A stretch of DNA of 64,000 bases. Origin: Gemmatimonadota bacterium. Lineage in GTDB: Bacteria > Latescibacterota > UBA2968 > GCA-2709665. The stretch is from contig JAPPNU010000062.1 in assembly GCA_028873695.1 (NCBI GenBank), positions 257,057-321,056 of the forward strand, in the 5' to 3' direction. Below the pieces are notes generated by a model. The model was not told the DNA's origin. It saw only the letters and a program-made list of their open reading frames with translations, and did no database searches. The position numbers and the translations under genes are program-made. Within the stretch, counting starts at the first letter, position 1, and each line of letters begins with the position of its first letter. Shown piece after piece: positions 42,247 through 50,339 of this stretch.

Positions 42247-44685
42247 TCAATCCGCTACGTGAATCGTCCAACTGTTGCTGCCGCTGTTTTTCGTGGCATG
42301 AAAGTTCCACCGCACACCGTTTATGGTGGACCCTCTGGCGTCTATACCGGTACCGGCGCTGAAGAACGCGATGGAACCCCTTCCGGAACTGGATACAGAG
42401 AAGGTATTGCCCTTGTAGGTACAGGTTCCGCCAGGATTCACGACCAGCCCGGCCCTGCAGGCGCCGCCACTTCCTCCGCCACTCCCGCTGACGGTGACCT
42501 CCACGGCGTCAGAGCAGTTGTTGCCGGTATCGCTCTCGTCGCTGACGTCGTCAACGCATGCGCCGTAGTAGTAGGTCCCGGCGTCCGACGGCGCGTTCAG
42601 GCTGATCGATTCGGCGCTTGTGCCCCCCGGAGACAGGCCGCTCACGGCGTCCGTGCCCACTTCCGTGTCATTTGTCGAGATTGTCGAGTTGGACGAGCGA
42701 TAGTACCGCAACGTCGTGGATCCTGCAGCCCCATTGCCCTGATTGCGCACCGTGGCGCTAAGCGTAAACGACTGTCCGGTCGTCAGCGTGTTGTCGTCCA
42801 CCGAGGGTGACTCGACGATCAGGTCGGGGTTATCCGACCCTCCGCCACCCGTGCCGCTGACGGTAAGGGTATTCTCACTGGCGTACTTGCCCCTGACCCC
42901 ATTAATGGTGATTTCGGCAACCAGTCGGTATTCTCCTGCGACCGTGGGTGAATAGGAACACAAACCGTTACGCTCCGTGCCCGGAACGTCGACCCAGGCG
43001 GATCCTTGTTTCCGCTGCCATTTAGACGTGTGAGCCATATACGATACGCCGTTGACGGTCGAGTTGTTCAGGATGATGCAGTTGCCTGCCGAGAAGAACA
43101 GGTATTGCACGCGTCCAGACGAAACGCGAAGACCGTCCAGCGGTTTGTAATCTCCGGAGGGCGGCGTTGTCCCGCCCCCACCTCCGCCACCGCCGGTTCC
43201 ACTTGGCGCCGTAGTGCCCTCGGCGATGGGCGACCAGGGATCTGCAGAGCCGGTTTCGCAGGAAGACGAGTTTCTATACCGGTAGCGCATTTCGTAGGTC
43301 GTATTCGACTTCAGCGCCCCGTAGAACCACGTGGTAGCATAGCCAATAAAGACATTGTTGCCCCGGTTCGTGAACGTCGTACAAAACGCTTCCCATTCTC
43401 CCTGCGGCGCCTTGGTCCGTAGTTCGAGATCATAGGCTCTCGTTTCTCCGGCACGCCACGTATCGAGAAATCTGAAGTAGAGCGTATCGGGTGTCGCTCG
43501 CGTAAAAACCGGAGTGGAGAGATCATTCGCCCGCCAGGCTTCTGCGTCCCCCGAGGTCCCATCGTCGCACGTGTAACCTATCGTGCCCGTGGCCTCTGTC
43601 GTAAACGTCATTTCAAGTGTGCACTTGCCCCCAAACAGCTCCGAATCGTCGTAGATCTGCGTGAGATTGCCCGTCATCGGACCCGTGTTCGTGTAGGTAT
43701 AGCGTCCCTCGCGCCTGCCGAAGCCTTCAGCAAACCGGCCGGCAGACACGATGTCCAGAAAGTAGGACTCCGCCAGAATCCGCTTGCCAACGGCCAGGCG
43801 GTCGAAGGCATTCTGGTCTGCGGGAGCAGAGCCGGCAGGCGTCCCGCCGCCGCCGGAGGGCGGGACCTCACTGCCGAATGCGCCGGCGAAAACCAGAAAA
43901 TCCGAGAAGGCGACGGATCCATCGCCATCCAGATCGAAGCGGGCTTCATACCGCGCATCGCCCCGGCTTGCCCCGAAACCGCCCGCGAACGCCAGGAAAT
44001 CCGGAAACCCGACGGTCCCGTCACCGTCGAAGTCCGGCGACCCGGAGCCCGCGGCGTTGAACGTGATGACGCTGCCGGTCGTGAGTTCATCGGACGACGT
44101 GGAACTCTCTGCAATCGAGACCTTCTCGACGCCGATGGTAAACTCCCTGCCCGTGACGTCTGCAGCCGTCTCAAACTCCGCGCGCACCAGGAACCCCGAT
44201 GACGCCAGCGTGACGGGCGAGGTCGAGGCGAGGTTGACCCCGACCGACCCCTCCGGTATCGAAAGGTCGAAGGCGCTTTTTTCAGATTTGACGTAGGTCA
44301 CTAGAGAGGCGTCAAAGTCGAACCTGATGATCGCGCCGCGCAGGGAGGTCGTGACCCCCGTGGCGAATACCTCGATGGCAATTATCGTGCCGCGTCCTTG
44401 CACGGCGCCCGTTGTCACGCCGTCGTCCCTCTGGTTGCCTGCGCCGCCGTCGGCGATCAGGTCCAGCGACAGAACTGCGTTTGCGTTGTTGCCCAGGGCG
44501 ATTTTCGCGCCGTGTTCCGACAGCGTGCCCTTGACGGAGTCACCGTCCCCGCCGGCAACCAACTCACCGCCGGCAATCACGTCGAGAGACGAAAACCCGT
44601 CTTCGCTGTACGCGACGAGAACTGCACCTGTTAACACGAAGAGGCCGACAACCACAATCACGGACAGGCGAAATACAGAATTCAT
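42247..44685 (-). CDS. Secreted cohesin-like / dockerin-like / unknown central region / CARDB / conserved C-terminal module protein
   Basis: GGGAGG then ATG at 44685. N-terminal hydrophobic segment. Cohesin-like and dockerin-like modules about 85-90% nt-identical (by eye) to those of 31416..34169. The last ~590 nt are about 95% identical. The central ~330 aa (YRYRNSSSCETGSADPW..., Gly-rich linkers) is unrelated to LRR. Confidence 0.8.
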   Translation of the reverse strand: MNSVFRLSVIVVVGLFVLTGAVLVAYSEDGFSSLDVIAGGELVAGGDGDSVKGTLSEHGAKIALGNNANAVLSLDLIADGGAGNQRDDGVTTGAVQGRGTIIAIEVFATGVTTSLRGAIIRFDFDASLVTYVKSEKSAFDLSIPEGSVGVNLASTSPVTLASSGFLVRAEFETAADVTGREFTIGVEKVSIAESSTSSDELTTGSVITFNAAGSGSPDFDGDGTVGFPDFLAFAGGFGASRGDARYEARFDLDGDGSVAFSDFLVFAGAFGSEVPPSGGGGTPAGSAPADQNAFDRLAVGKRILAESYFLDIVSAGRFAEGFGRREGRYTYTNTGPMTGNLTQIYDDSELFGGKCTLEMTFTTEATGTIGYTCDDGTSGDAEAWRANDLSTPVFTRATPDTLYFRFLDTWRAGETRAYDLELRTKAPQGEWEAFCTTFTNRGNNVFIGYATTWFYGALKSNTTYEMRYRYRNSSSCETGSADPWSPIAEGTTAPSGTGGGGGGGGTTPPSGDYKPLDGLRVSSGRVQYLFFSAGNCIILNNSTVNGVSYMAHTSKWQRKQGSAWVDVPGTERNGLCSYSPTVAGEYRLVAEITINGVRGKYASENTLTVSGTGGGGSDNPDLIVESPSVDDNTLTTGQSFTLSATVRNQGNGAAGSTTLRYYRSSNSTISTNDTEVGTDAVSGLSPGGTSAESISLNAPSDAGTYYYGACVDDVSDESDTGNNCSDAVEVTVSGSGGGSGGACRAGLVVNPGGTCTYKGNTFSVSSSGRGSIAFFSAGTGIDARGSTINGVRWNFHATKNSGSNSWTIHVAD

Positions 44686-44838
44686 AACAGATCCTCCCTT
44701 GTATTCATACCTTCCAACAAGCCGGCTGCGTGGTCAGCCACCGAAACAAGCCCCTCTTGTACGGCTGACGCACCGCCGATGCCTTTCACAATGCTTCATT
44801 CCTGCGCAACCGCCAGTTGGCAGCATTCGCCGCGTGAT

Positions 44839-45648
44839 CTACTTCAACAACAGCATCCTCCTGGTCGCTGAGAAACTGCCCGCCAGTATCCGATACAGAT
44901 AGACGCCGCTGGCGACGCGTCGGCCCAGCGCGTCCGTTCCGTCCCACGTCGCTGTAAACGTCCCGGGGTTCATGCGTTCGTTCACCAGTACGCGCACCTC
45001 CTGGCCGATCAGATTGTAAATCGCCAGCCGGACCATTCCCGCCTCCGGCAGGTGGTATTCGATTGCGGTGGAAGGGTTGAACGGGTTGGGCGTATTTTGC
45101 TCCAGATTGAAGCGATCCGGCAGCGGCTTGAGGTCGCCTATTTCGGCGTGATGCAACATGTCAACAGCGCCATTCATGCCGACAAGCACGCTTTCGGATA
45201 CCTGAAAGTCGGACGACAACGGCATTCCGTCCGTCCTGAACAAAAGCTCGGCGAGTTTCCCGTCGCCGTTGGCGCCCCCGCCGTCGATCTTAACGGCGCC
45301 GATATCCACCTGCCCCGGCGTCCGGTTCGATGAAAGAAACAACGTCTCCTGACCGGAACCGGATTTCAGCAGATTGCCGTCGAGTTCGGTGGCACTCACG
45401 AACTCATACTTGACCGGATCGTATAGCAGGGAAAATCCGTATCCCTTCAGATCCTGGGTCCGCGCCACCGACACGAGCATTTTCAGAACGCCGCTGTCGG
45501 CGCCTGGGTCGTTCACACGCTCCAGCTTCAGCGTCGCATCGGCATTCCGACCCCCGGTAATGGTCAAGCCGCGGGTAATGTCGCCTGCGAGCGCCGGTCC
45601 GCATAAAACGAACGTCGCACAGACGGATGTAAGGACGCGAGTCCACAT
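44839..45648 (-). CDS. Cohesin-like protein with a T9SS (Por) C-terminal sorting domain
   Basis: AAGGAGG then ATG at 45648. Signal MWTRVLTSVCATFVLCGPALAG. Cohesin-like VLKMLVSVARTQDLKGYGFSLLYDPVKYEFVSA...GDGKLAELLFRT. C-terminal FNLEQNTPNPFNPSTAIEYHLPEAGMVRLAIYNLIGQEVRVL...WDGTDALGRRVASGVYLYRILAGSFSATRRMLLLK matches the type A T9SS CTD pattern. Confidence 0.8.
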   Translation of the reverse strand: MWTRVLTSVCATFVLCGPALAGDITRGLTITGGRNADATLKLERVNDPGADSGVLKMLVSVARTQDLKGYGFSLLYDPVKYEFVSATELDGNLLKSGSGQETLFLSSNRTPGQVDIGAVKIDGGGANGDGKLAELLFRTDGMPLSSDFQVSESVLVGMNGAVDMLHHAEIGDLKPLPDRFNLEQNTPNPFNPSTAIEYHLPEAGMVRLAIYNLIGQEVRVLVNERMNPGTFTATWDGTDALGRRVASGVYLYRILAGSFSATRRMLLLK

Positions 45649-46021
45649 ACCAGCCTCCTTGCATTGCGTCACCATTGCGGTGACAGGGTGTATGATGCCA
45701 AATTCGTTGAGGACGATCGTACGAGATATACCCGTGATCTTGCCTCCGATCACTCGGCGCTACTTCGTCATGGCGCGGCTCCTTCCCGTGCACGCTCGGT
45801 ACACAAAAAAAAGCCTCTCGAAAACACGAGTGGGCCGTTTCCAAAATTCCGCAACTTTCCATCAGCATTTCTACTGTCACCAATTAGAATTGGGGGGGGA
45901 TGAACATCTACGGCATGAATCATGCCGCGGTCCAGAAGCTCCGTGCCAGTCATCGGGCGACCTGCCACTTCAAATTGAGCAACAAACATCGTCGTTCAAC
46001 CTATATAGAATGGTACCCGCG

Positions 46022-46204
46022 TCAATTCCTCCCTTTGCCGTCGCAATCGGGAGGAAACACAGCCTCGTTGTTGCCTTTGACAGTGATCGCATGTGTCGTT
46101 GCACCGTCGTCAACTGTATTGGAATTGATCATCGCGTGGCAAACAAACCCGAGCAACGCAATGGTGGCGTTTGACAACAACAACTCTCGTATTAGCGAAA
46201 TAAC
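46022..46204 (-). pseudogene. 5' relic of an island secreted-protein gene (signal peptide to first dockerin loop; start codon lost, premature stop)
   Basis: My translation: VISLIRELLLSNATIALLGFVCHAMINSNTVDDGATTHAITVKGNNEAVFPPDCDGKGRN*. Compare MSFTRGLLLSIAALPLLAFVCHAAIGA...ATSHVISVDARGDDTASIPDFDGDGTIGF. Confidence 0.5.
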
Positions 46205-46751
46205 CTATTCTTCGTATGACTTATGTCGTCTAGGCGCCACGTCTCGGATCCTGCAGACCTATTGACAATATTGCCCTATAAGCTCGGCGGATTTCGTTTC
46301 AATCGGGAATCCGCCACCGATCAAGTGTTGGGCAGAATCTCAACTAACACAAATATAACACTTCGTTGGCGAATTTGCTTTGAAATATCGCGCTTTTTTT
46401 ATGATTTTTTGCTGAAATTTCCTGGAAATGCTCGAAATCCAGGCCAATTGACCCCGATAATCCATCGGACGTTGCAGAATGACGGGACGTGGAGTTTCGT
46501 TCAGAGTGAACCAGGATTACTGCCGGGGAAGGAATTGGACGAGATCGACCCAACATTCGAGGTCTTCACGTCAGTCGCCGTGGCACACGATTCAATCCGG
46601 ATATTCGCGGGAGACATTGACGCGGCGGAGGGCGCCGGTTGGACGGCGGCGTTGGGTATGAGGGAAGGTGGATCTGCGCGGGTGATAGCGGACGTGAGGG
46701 AAGGAAGAGGGACAAGGAGGGTAGTTTCGGAACGATTATAACAAAAAACAA

Positions 46752-46792
46752 GGGTCCAAGCGTGAGCGGCTTCGACCCTCGTTTTTGTTGTT
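46752..46792. terminator. Terminator-like hairpin, left edge of direct repeat copy 2
   Basis: GGGTCCAAGC gtgagc GGCTTCGACCC TCGTTTTTGTTGTT. Homologous to 17354-17394. Confidence 0.5.
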
Positions 46793-46832
46793 CAAATGCA
46801 GCCGTGCGTTAAACCTGGATCTGCGGTCGTCC

Positions 46833-47633
46833 CTATTCGGAGCCGGGCTCCTCGGTTGCCGTTTCGTTCAGCGCCCGGATGCGGGCGACGATCGCTTCAA
46901 CAGTCGCGGTCACCGCCGAAAGCAGCGCATCGCGGTCTTCGATGACCACCTGCGGGTCTGAATAGCGGTATCGGACGGCATACCCGGTCAGCCACACCAG
47001 CTTTTCGCCGGCCGGTGTGTGGTTTTCACCGGGATGCCGCCGCACGATGGCGGCAAGCTTCGCCAGATCATGCGTGTTACGATAGTCGGCGTCGAGCGCG
47101 GAAATCCACCCTTTCAGCGCGTTTTCCATTGCCTGCTGAGCGTGAAACCCAATGGCCTCCTGAGAAGATCGGGAGTCTTCCACAAGGACTTCCAGATCGT
47201 TGAGACACCGCCTGGCATTGGCAATGCGCTGCCGTATGTCGGGCCAGTTGGACGGCTCCGGGTTATCGTAGTCTACTTTGTCGCCATTTCCGTCAAAACC
47301 GTCGCGGACGGCCTGGCCTGCCACGTGGTTGCGCGCCCGGCGACCGTCGTGGAAGGCTTTTTCGTTCAGGTGGACCAGATCGACGCCGATCAGGTCGCCA
47401 TACAGGTCCTCGACCTTGCGGTGGGCCGCCGCGCTCGTGTCCTGATATTTCTGCTCGTTCGTGGAATCGGCGTCGGTGATGATGAGCAGGTCGATATCCG
47501 ATTTTGCGTGGTAGTCGCCCCTGGCTCGAGAGCCGAACAGGATGACCCTGTCAGGGCGGGCTTCTTCGCCAACGGCCTTGGCGACGGCGCAGGCCTTCGG
47601 GTCGGGGGCGTCGCATGTCGGGAGCGTTGTCAT
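46833..47633 (-). CDS. Fused nucleotidyltransferase (MNT-like) - HEPN domain protein, copy 2
   Basis: MTTLPTCDAPDPKACAVAKAV...ILFGSRARGDYHAKSDIDLLIITD...AIGFHAQQAMENALKGWISAL. Start moved to ATG 47633 because the ORF-track extension overlaps the phoX-like gene. Confidence 0.75.
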   Translation of the reverse strand: MTTLPTCDAPDPKACAVAKAVGEEARPDRVILFGSRARGDYHAKSDIDLLIITDADSTNEQKYQDTSAAAHRKVEDLYGDLIGVDLVHLNEKAFHDGRRARNHVAGQAVRDGFDGNGDKVDYDNPEPSNWPDIRQRIANARRCLNDLEVLVEDSRSSQEAIGFHAQQAMENALKGWISALDADYRNTHDLAKLAAIVRRHPGENHTPAGEKLVWLTGYAVRYRYSDPQVVIEDRDALLSAVTATVEAIVARIRALNETATEEPGSE

Positions 47634-47718
47634 CAATGTTCGTAGGCTTTCTGATTTATACGGCCATTTTTCGTTCTTCCGGTTGCCGCGGCGCCGGGAA
47701 TTCGACCGGGTCCCCGGC

Positions 47719-49086
47719 TCAGCCCGTCCAGGGCCCGGTGATGGCCAGGGTGATCCCGGGCGACTGGATATTGGCGTACAGGGTGCGGCCGTCGGGCGAG
47801 AACGTGGCGCCCGCGAACTCTGAGTCGTTGAAGGCGTTGCGGCCGAGCTTGTAGATCCGCCCCTCCGGGGTGACCCCCACAAGGTGGTTGTCCCCTCCGC
47901 CGTCCTCGCAGAGCACGAGGTCGCCCCAGGGCGCCACCGTCAGATTGTCGCAGTTCTCCACCAGATTGCCGTCGTTGGGCTCGATGAACAGTTCCAGGGT
48001 TCCGGGCGAGGCGGTCTCTTCGGGCGTTCCCTCTCCGGGGCCCGGTTCGTAGCGCCACACCTGACCCTTCTTCTTCTTGCCGCCGCTGGTGCATGCGAAG
48101 TAGATGGCTTCCCGCCCGTACCACATGCCCTCGCCGCGGGCGAAGCGGGCGGCGCCCTTGTCGAAGCCCTGGTCGCGCAGGTCATTGTCCGGGGACTCCA
48201 CGTCCTCCACGTCGACCCAGGCCGCGGCCAGGCGGTCGCCGGGAGCGACGGTCTGCGACTGGTGGTTGGTCGTGTCCAGGCTCGGCCGGTCGAGGGCCAT
48301 GAGCGCCTGCAGCCGGCCCCCGGCCGCGAGACGTCCGGGCTCGTCGGGCAGGTAGCGGTAGATGAGACCGTCGCCGGCATCCTCGGTCTGATAGACGATG
48401 CCCGTTGCCGGATGGACGGCCACGGCCTCGTGATTGAAGCGGCCCATCGCCTTCAGGGCCACCGGCTTCACCGGCCCCGTGGCCGGGCCCACCGGAACCT
48501 CGAAGTTGTACCCGTGGTCCTGTTCGTGGTCCTCATCGGCGCGCTGGGTCGTCTCCTCGCAGGTGATCCAGCTCCCCCACGGGGTGAGGCCCCCGGCGCA
48601 GTTGCGTACGGTGCCGGCGAGGCTGAGATAATGTTTCTCCAGTTCGCCGGCGGGGCCGAGCACGAAGGTCGTCGTCCCTCCCTGCGGCGGATCGCCGCGA
48701 CCCCAGTCGTAGAACCGGTCGCGCGGCAGCCTGTCGAGACGCTCGTTCTCATCGCCGAAGGCGCCGATCTTTCGGGCCCCCGCGGTGAGCTCGTGGTTGC
48801 AGATCAGCAAAGTCCGTCCCTCGGCTCCGGGAAAGGCGGCCATGGCGTCGGGCAGCCCCGGCACCCGGAGGCCATCGTCCATCTCCTCGCCGGTGCGGGA
48901 GATCACCCGGTAGGTGAATCCCGCAGGCAGGTCGATGATCCCGCCCGGGTCCGGTAGCATGGGTCCGTAGCCGGCAGCGATCTCCTTCGCGGTGGCTTCC
49001 CCCCAGACCACGAGGTGCTGCAGCCCCTGGAATCCCACGGTGACGGCGGTCGCCGACTTCAGAAACTGCCTTCTGGTGACGGGCAT
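47719..49086 (-). CDS. phoX: PhoX-family (DUF839) phosphatase with a Tat signal
   Basis: Twin-arginine MPVTRRQFLKSATAVTVGFQG. Motif GTVRNCAGGLTPWGSWITCEE, typical of PhoX/DUF839. Confidence 0.75.
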   Translation of the reverse strand: MPVTRRQFLKSATAVTVGFQGLQHLVVWGEATAKEIAAGYGPMLPDPGGIIDLPAGFTYRVISRTGEEMDDGLRVPGLPDAMAAFPGAEGRTLLICNHELTAGARKIGAFGDENERLDRLPRDRFYDWGRGDPPQGGTTTFVLGPAGELEKHYLSLAGTVRNCAGGLTPWGSWITCEETTQRADEDHEQDHGYNFEVPVGPATGPVKPVALKAMGRFNHEAVAVHPATGIVYQTEDAGDGLIYRYLPDEPGRLAAGGRLQALMALDRPSLDTTNHQSQTVAPGDRLAAAWVDVEDVESPDNDLRDQGFDKGAARFARGEGMWYGREAIYFACTSGGKKKKGQVWRYEPGPGEGTPEETASPGTLELFIEPNDGNLVENCDNLTVAPWGDLVLCEDGGGDNHLVGVTPEGRIYKLGRNAFNDSEFAGATFSPDGRTLYANIQSPGITLAITGPWTG

Positions 49087-49107
49087 ATTCTCGATCCTCC
49101 CTTAGAT

Positions 49108-49160
49108 GCTGTCTTAAAATCCCCAGCGGTCTTCGCGGACGCGTTTGCGGGCCGGCGCTT
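49108..49160 (-). promoter_or_regulatory. Repeat/upstream motif family R2, copy 2
   Basis: Reverse complement: AAGCGCCGGCCCGCAAACGCGTCCGCGAAGACCGCTGGGGATTTTAAGACAGC. The core ends 21 nt before the phoX ATG and fills most of the 72-nt intergenic gap. Confidence 0.45.
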
Positions 49161-50214
49161 ATTGATCCTCGACGGTTTCCGCGTCGTCCTCACCGGTCCC
49201 TCGATCGGTCCTCGTCTGCTCATCGAGCCGGCGTTTTTCTTCCATGCGTCTGTCCAGTTCCAGGATGGCATTCCGGTATATTCCGCTGGATTTCCTGGCA
49301 TTGGCTTGCTGCAAAGCGGTTCGCGCCCGATCGAACTGATCCGTATACATGCAGCTCAGGCCAAGATTGTAATAAGCCTTATGGACTTCGGGCAAATCGG
49401 AATAGGTCTCCACGGCCGCCAGAAAGACGTCCACCGCGGAATCCCAGTTGCCCGCTTGAACCAGTCTGAAGCCGTGTTCCAGTTCCGGCATTTCCTTGGC
49501 GGTTTCAAAGGAGACGTTCACCCGCTCGGAATACGGCACGATCATCCGTTCGATGGCCCGTACGATATCGGCCCGGCATTCCGCGAACAGACGCCTGCGG
49601 GCGGCATTGTCGATGCTTGCCTTCTCCGGCGTCTTACCCGAGGTCCTTATCGTCTCACGTCTGGAAAAATTCCGGCTGGCCAATATCTCTGACGTGCGCC
49701 AATCCACAACTCGCAGCTGGACCTCCACGCGCGCGGTACCCTTGCGTTTGTATTCCCGCGCGGTGTTTCCCTTGTCCGTCTTTCTGTTTTTCTTCTTAAC
49801 GTCTTCGTTGATTTCCTCCTCATCGTAGTCGTAGGCAAGGAGCCCGCCCGAAATGAGGATTACGTTGGCGTTATCGTCTTCCCGGCTGCGTCCGGCCTTC
49901 AGGCGCTCATAGTCGAGAAGTCTGAATCGATCGGTCCGTGCGAGGGCCTGCGACGTCTCGGCGGCGAATCGTCGAATCCAGGCGTCTCCGGATTCCACAC
50001 CTTGCAGGAATTTACCCAAATCGTCCAGTTTGGATACGAATCCGCTGCCCGCTCCCTTGATTTCACCAATCGTGATAAGGTCGTACTCACTCAGATTGAT
50101 TTCAGCGGGGCGGGTGACGAGTATGGAGACGTTCCTGCCCGCACAACCGGTAATCCAACCCGTGGCGGCAAGGACTGACAGGAGGATGAGATTGCGAATG
50201 CACATTCTGTTCAT
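49159..50214 (-). CDS. Lipoprotein with a C-terminal TPR-like region
   Basis: Lipobox LAATGWITGCAG. C-terminal helical repeats (AVDVFLAAVETYSDLPEVHKAYYNLGLSCMYTDQFDRARTALQQA). Confidence 0.6.
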   Translation of the reverse strand: MNRMCIRNLILLSVLAATGWITGCAGRNVSILVTRPAEINLSEYDLITIGEIKGAGSGFVSKLDDLGKFLQGVESGDAWIRRFAAETSQALARTDRFRLLDYERLKAGRSREDDNANVILISGGLLAYDYDEEEINEDVKKKNRKTDKGNTAREYKRKGTARVEVQLRVVDWRTSEILASRNFSRRETIRTSGKTPEKASIDNAARRRLFAECRADIVRAIERMIVPYSERVNVSFETAKEMPELEHGFRLVQAGNWDSAVDVFLAAVETYSDLPEVHKAYYNLGLSCMYTDQFDRARTALQQANARKSSGIYRNAILELDRRMEEKRRLDEQTRTDRGTGEDDAETVEDQ

Positions 50215-50283
50215 CCGGTTCTGCTCCGGTTGAAATGACGAGATCCGTTGAACCGGCTTTCGGCGCCGATTATGGATTCCAAC

Positions 50284-50320
50284 ACAAAAAAGGTCGAGGC
50301 GCCCTTCAGCATCCCCGACC
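50284..50320 (-). terminator. Candidate terminator of the selenoprotein gene
   Basis: Minus strand: GGTCGGGG ...loop... CCTCGACC followed by TTTTTTGTGTT (one mismatch in the stem). Confidence 0.4.
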
Positions 50321-50339
50321 CTCGCATTCTGACGATGCG

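Noticed and set aside
46223-46741. 172-aa plus-strand ORF in the AT-richer stretch at the right end of the island.
   Set aside because: There is no recognisable motif, no SD and mixed composition. The region otherwise holds a gene relic on the opposite strand. I left it unannotated, though a real orphan gene cannot be excluded.
47634-47882. 83-aa N-terminal extension of the second NTase-HEPN ORF.
   Set aside because: It is Pro/Ser/Arg-rich, overlaps the 3' end of the phoX-like gene, and is absent from copy 1. ATG 47633 aligns with the paralogue.
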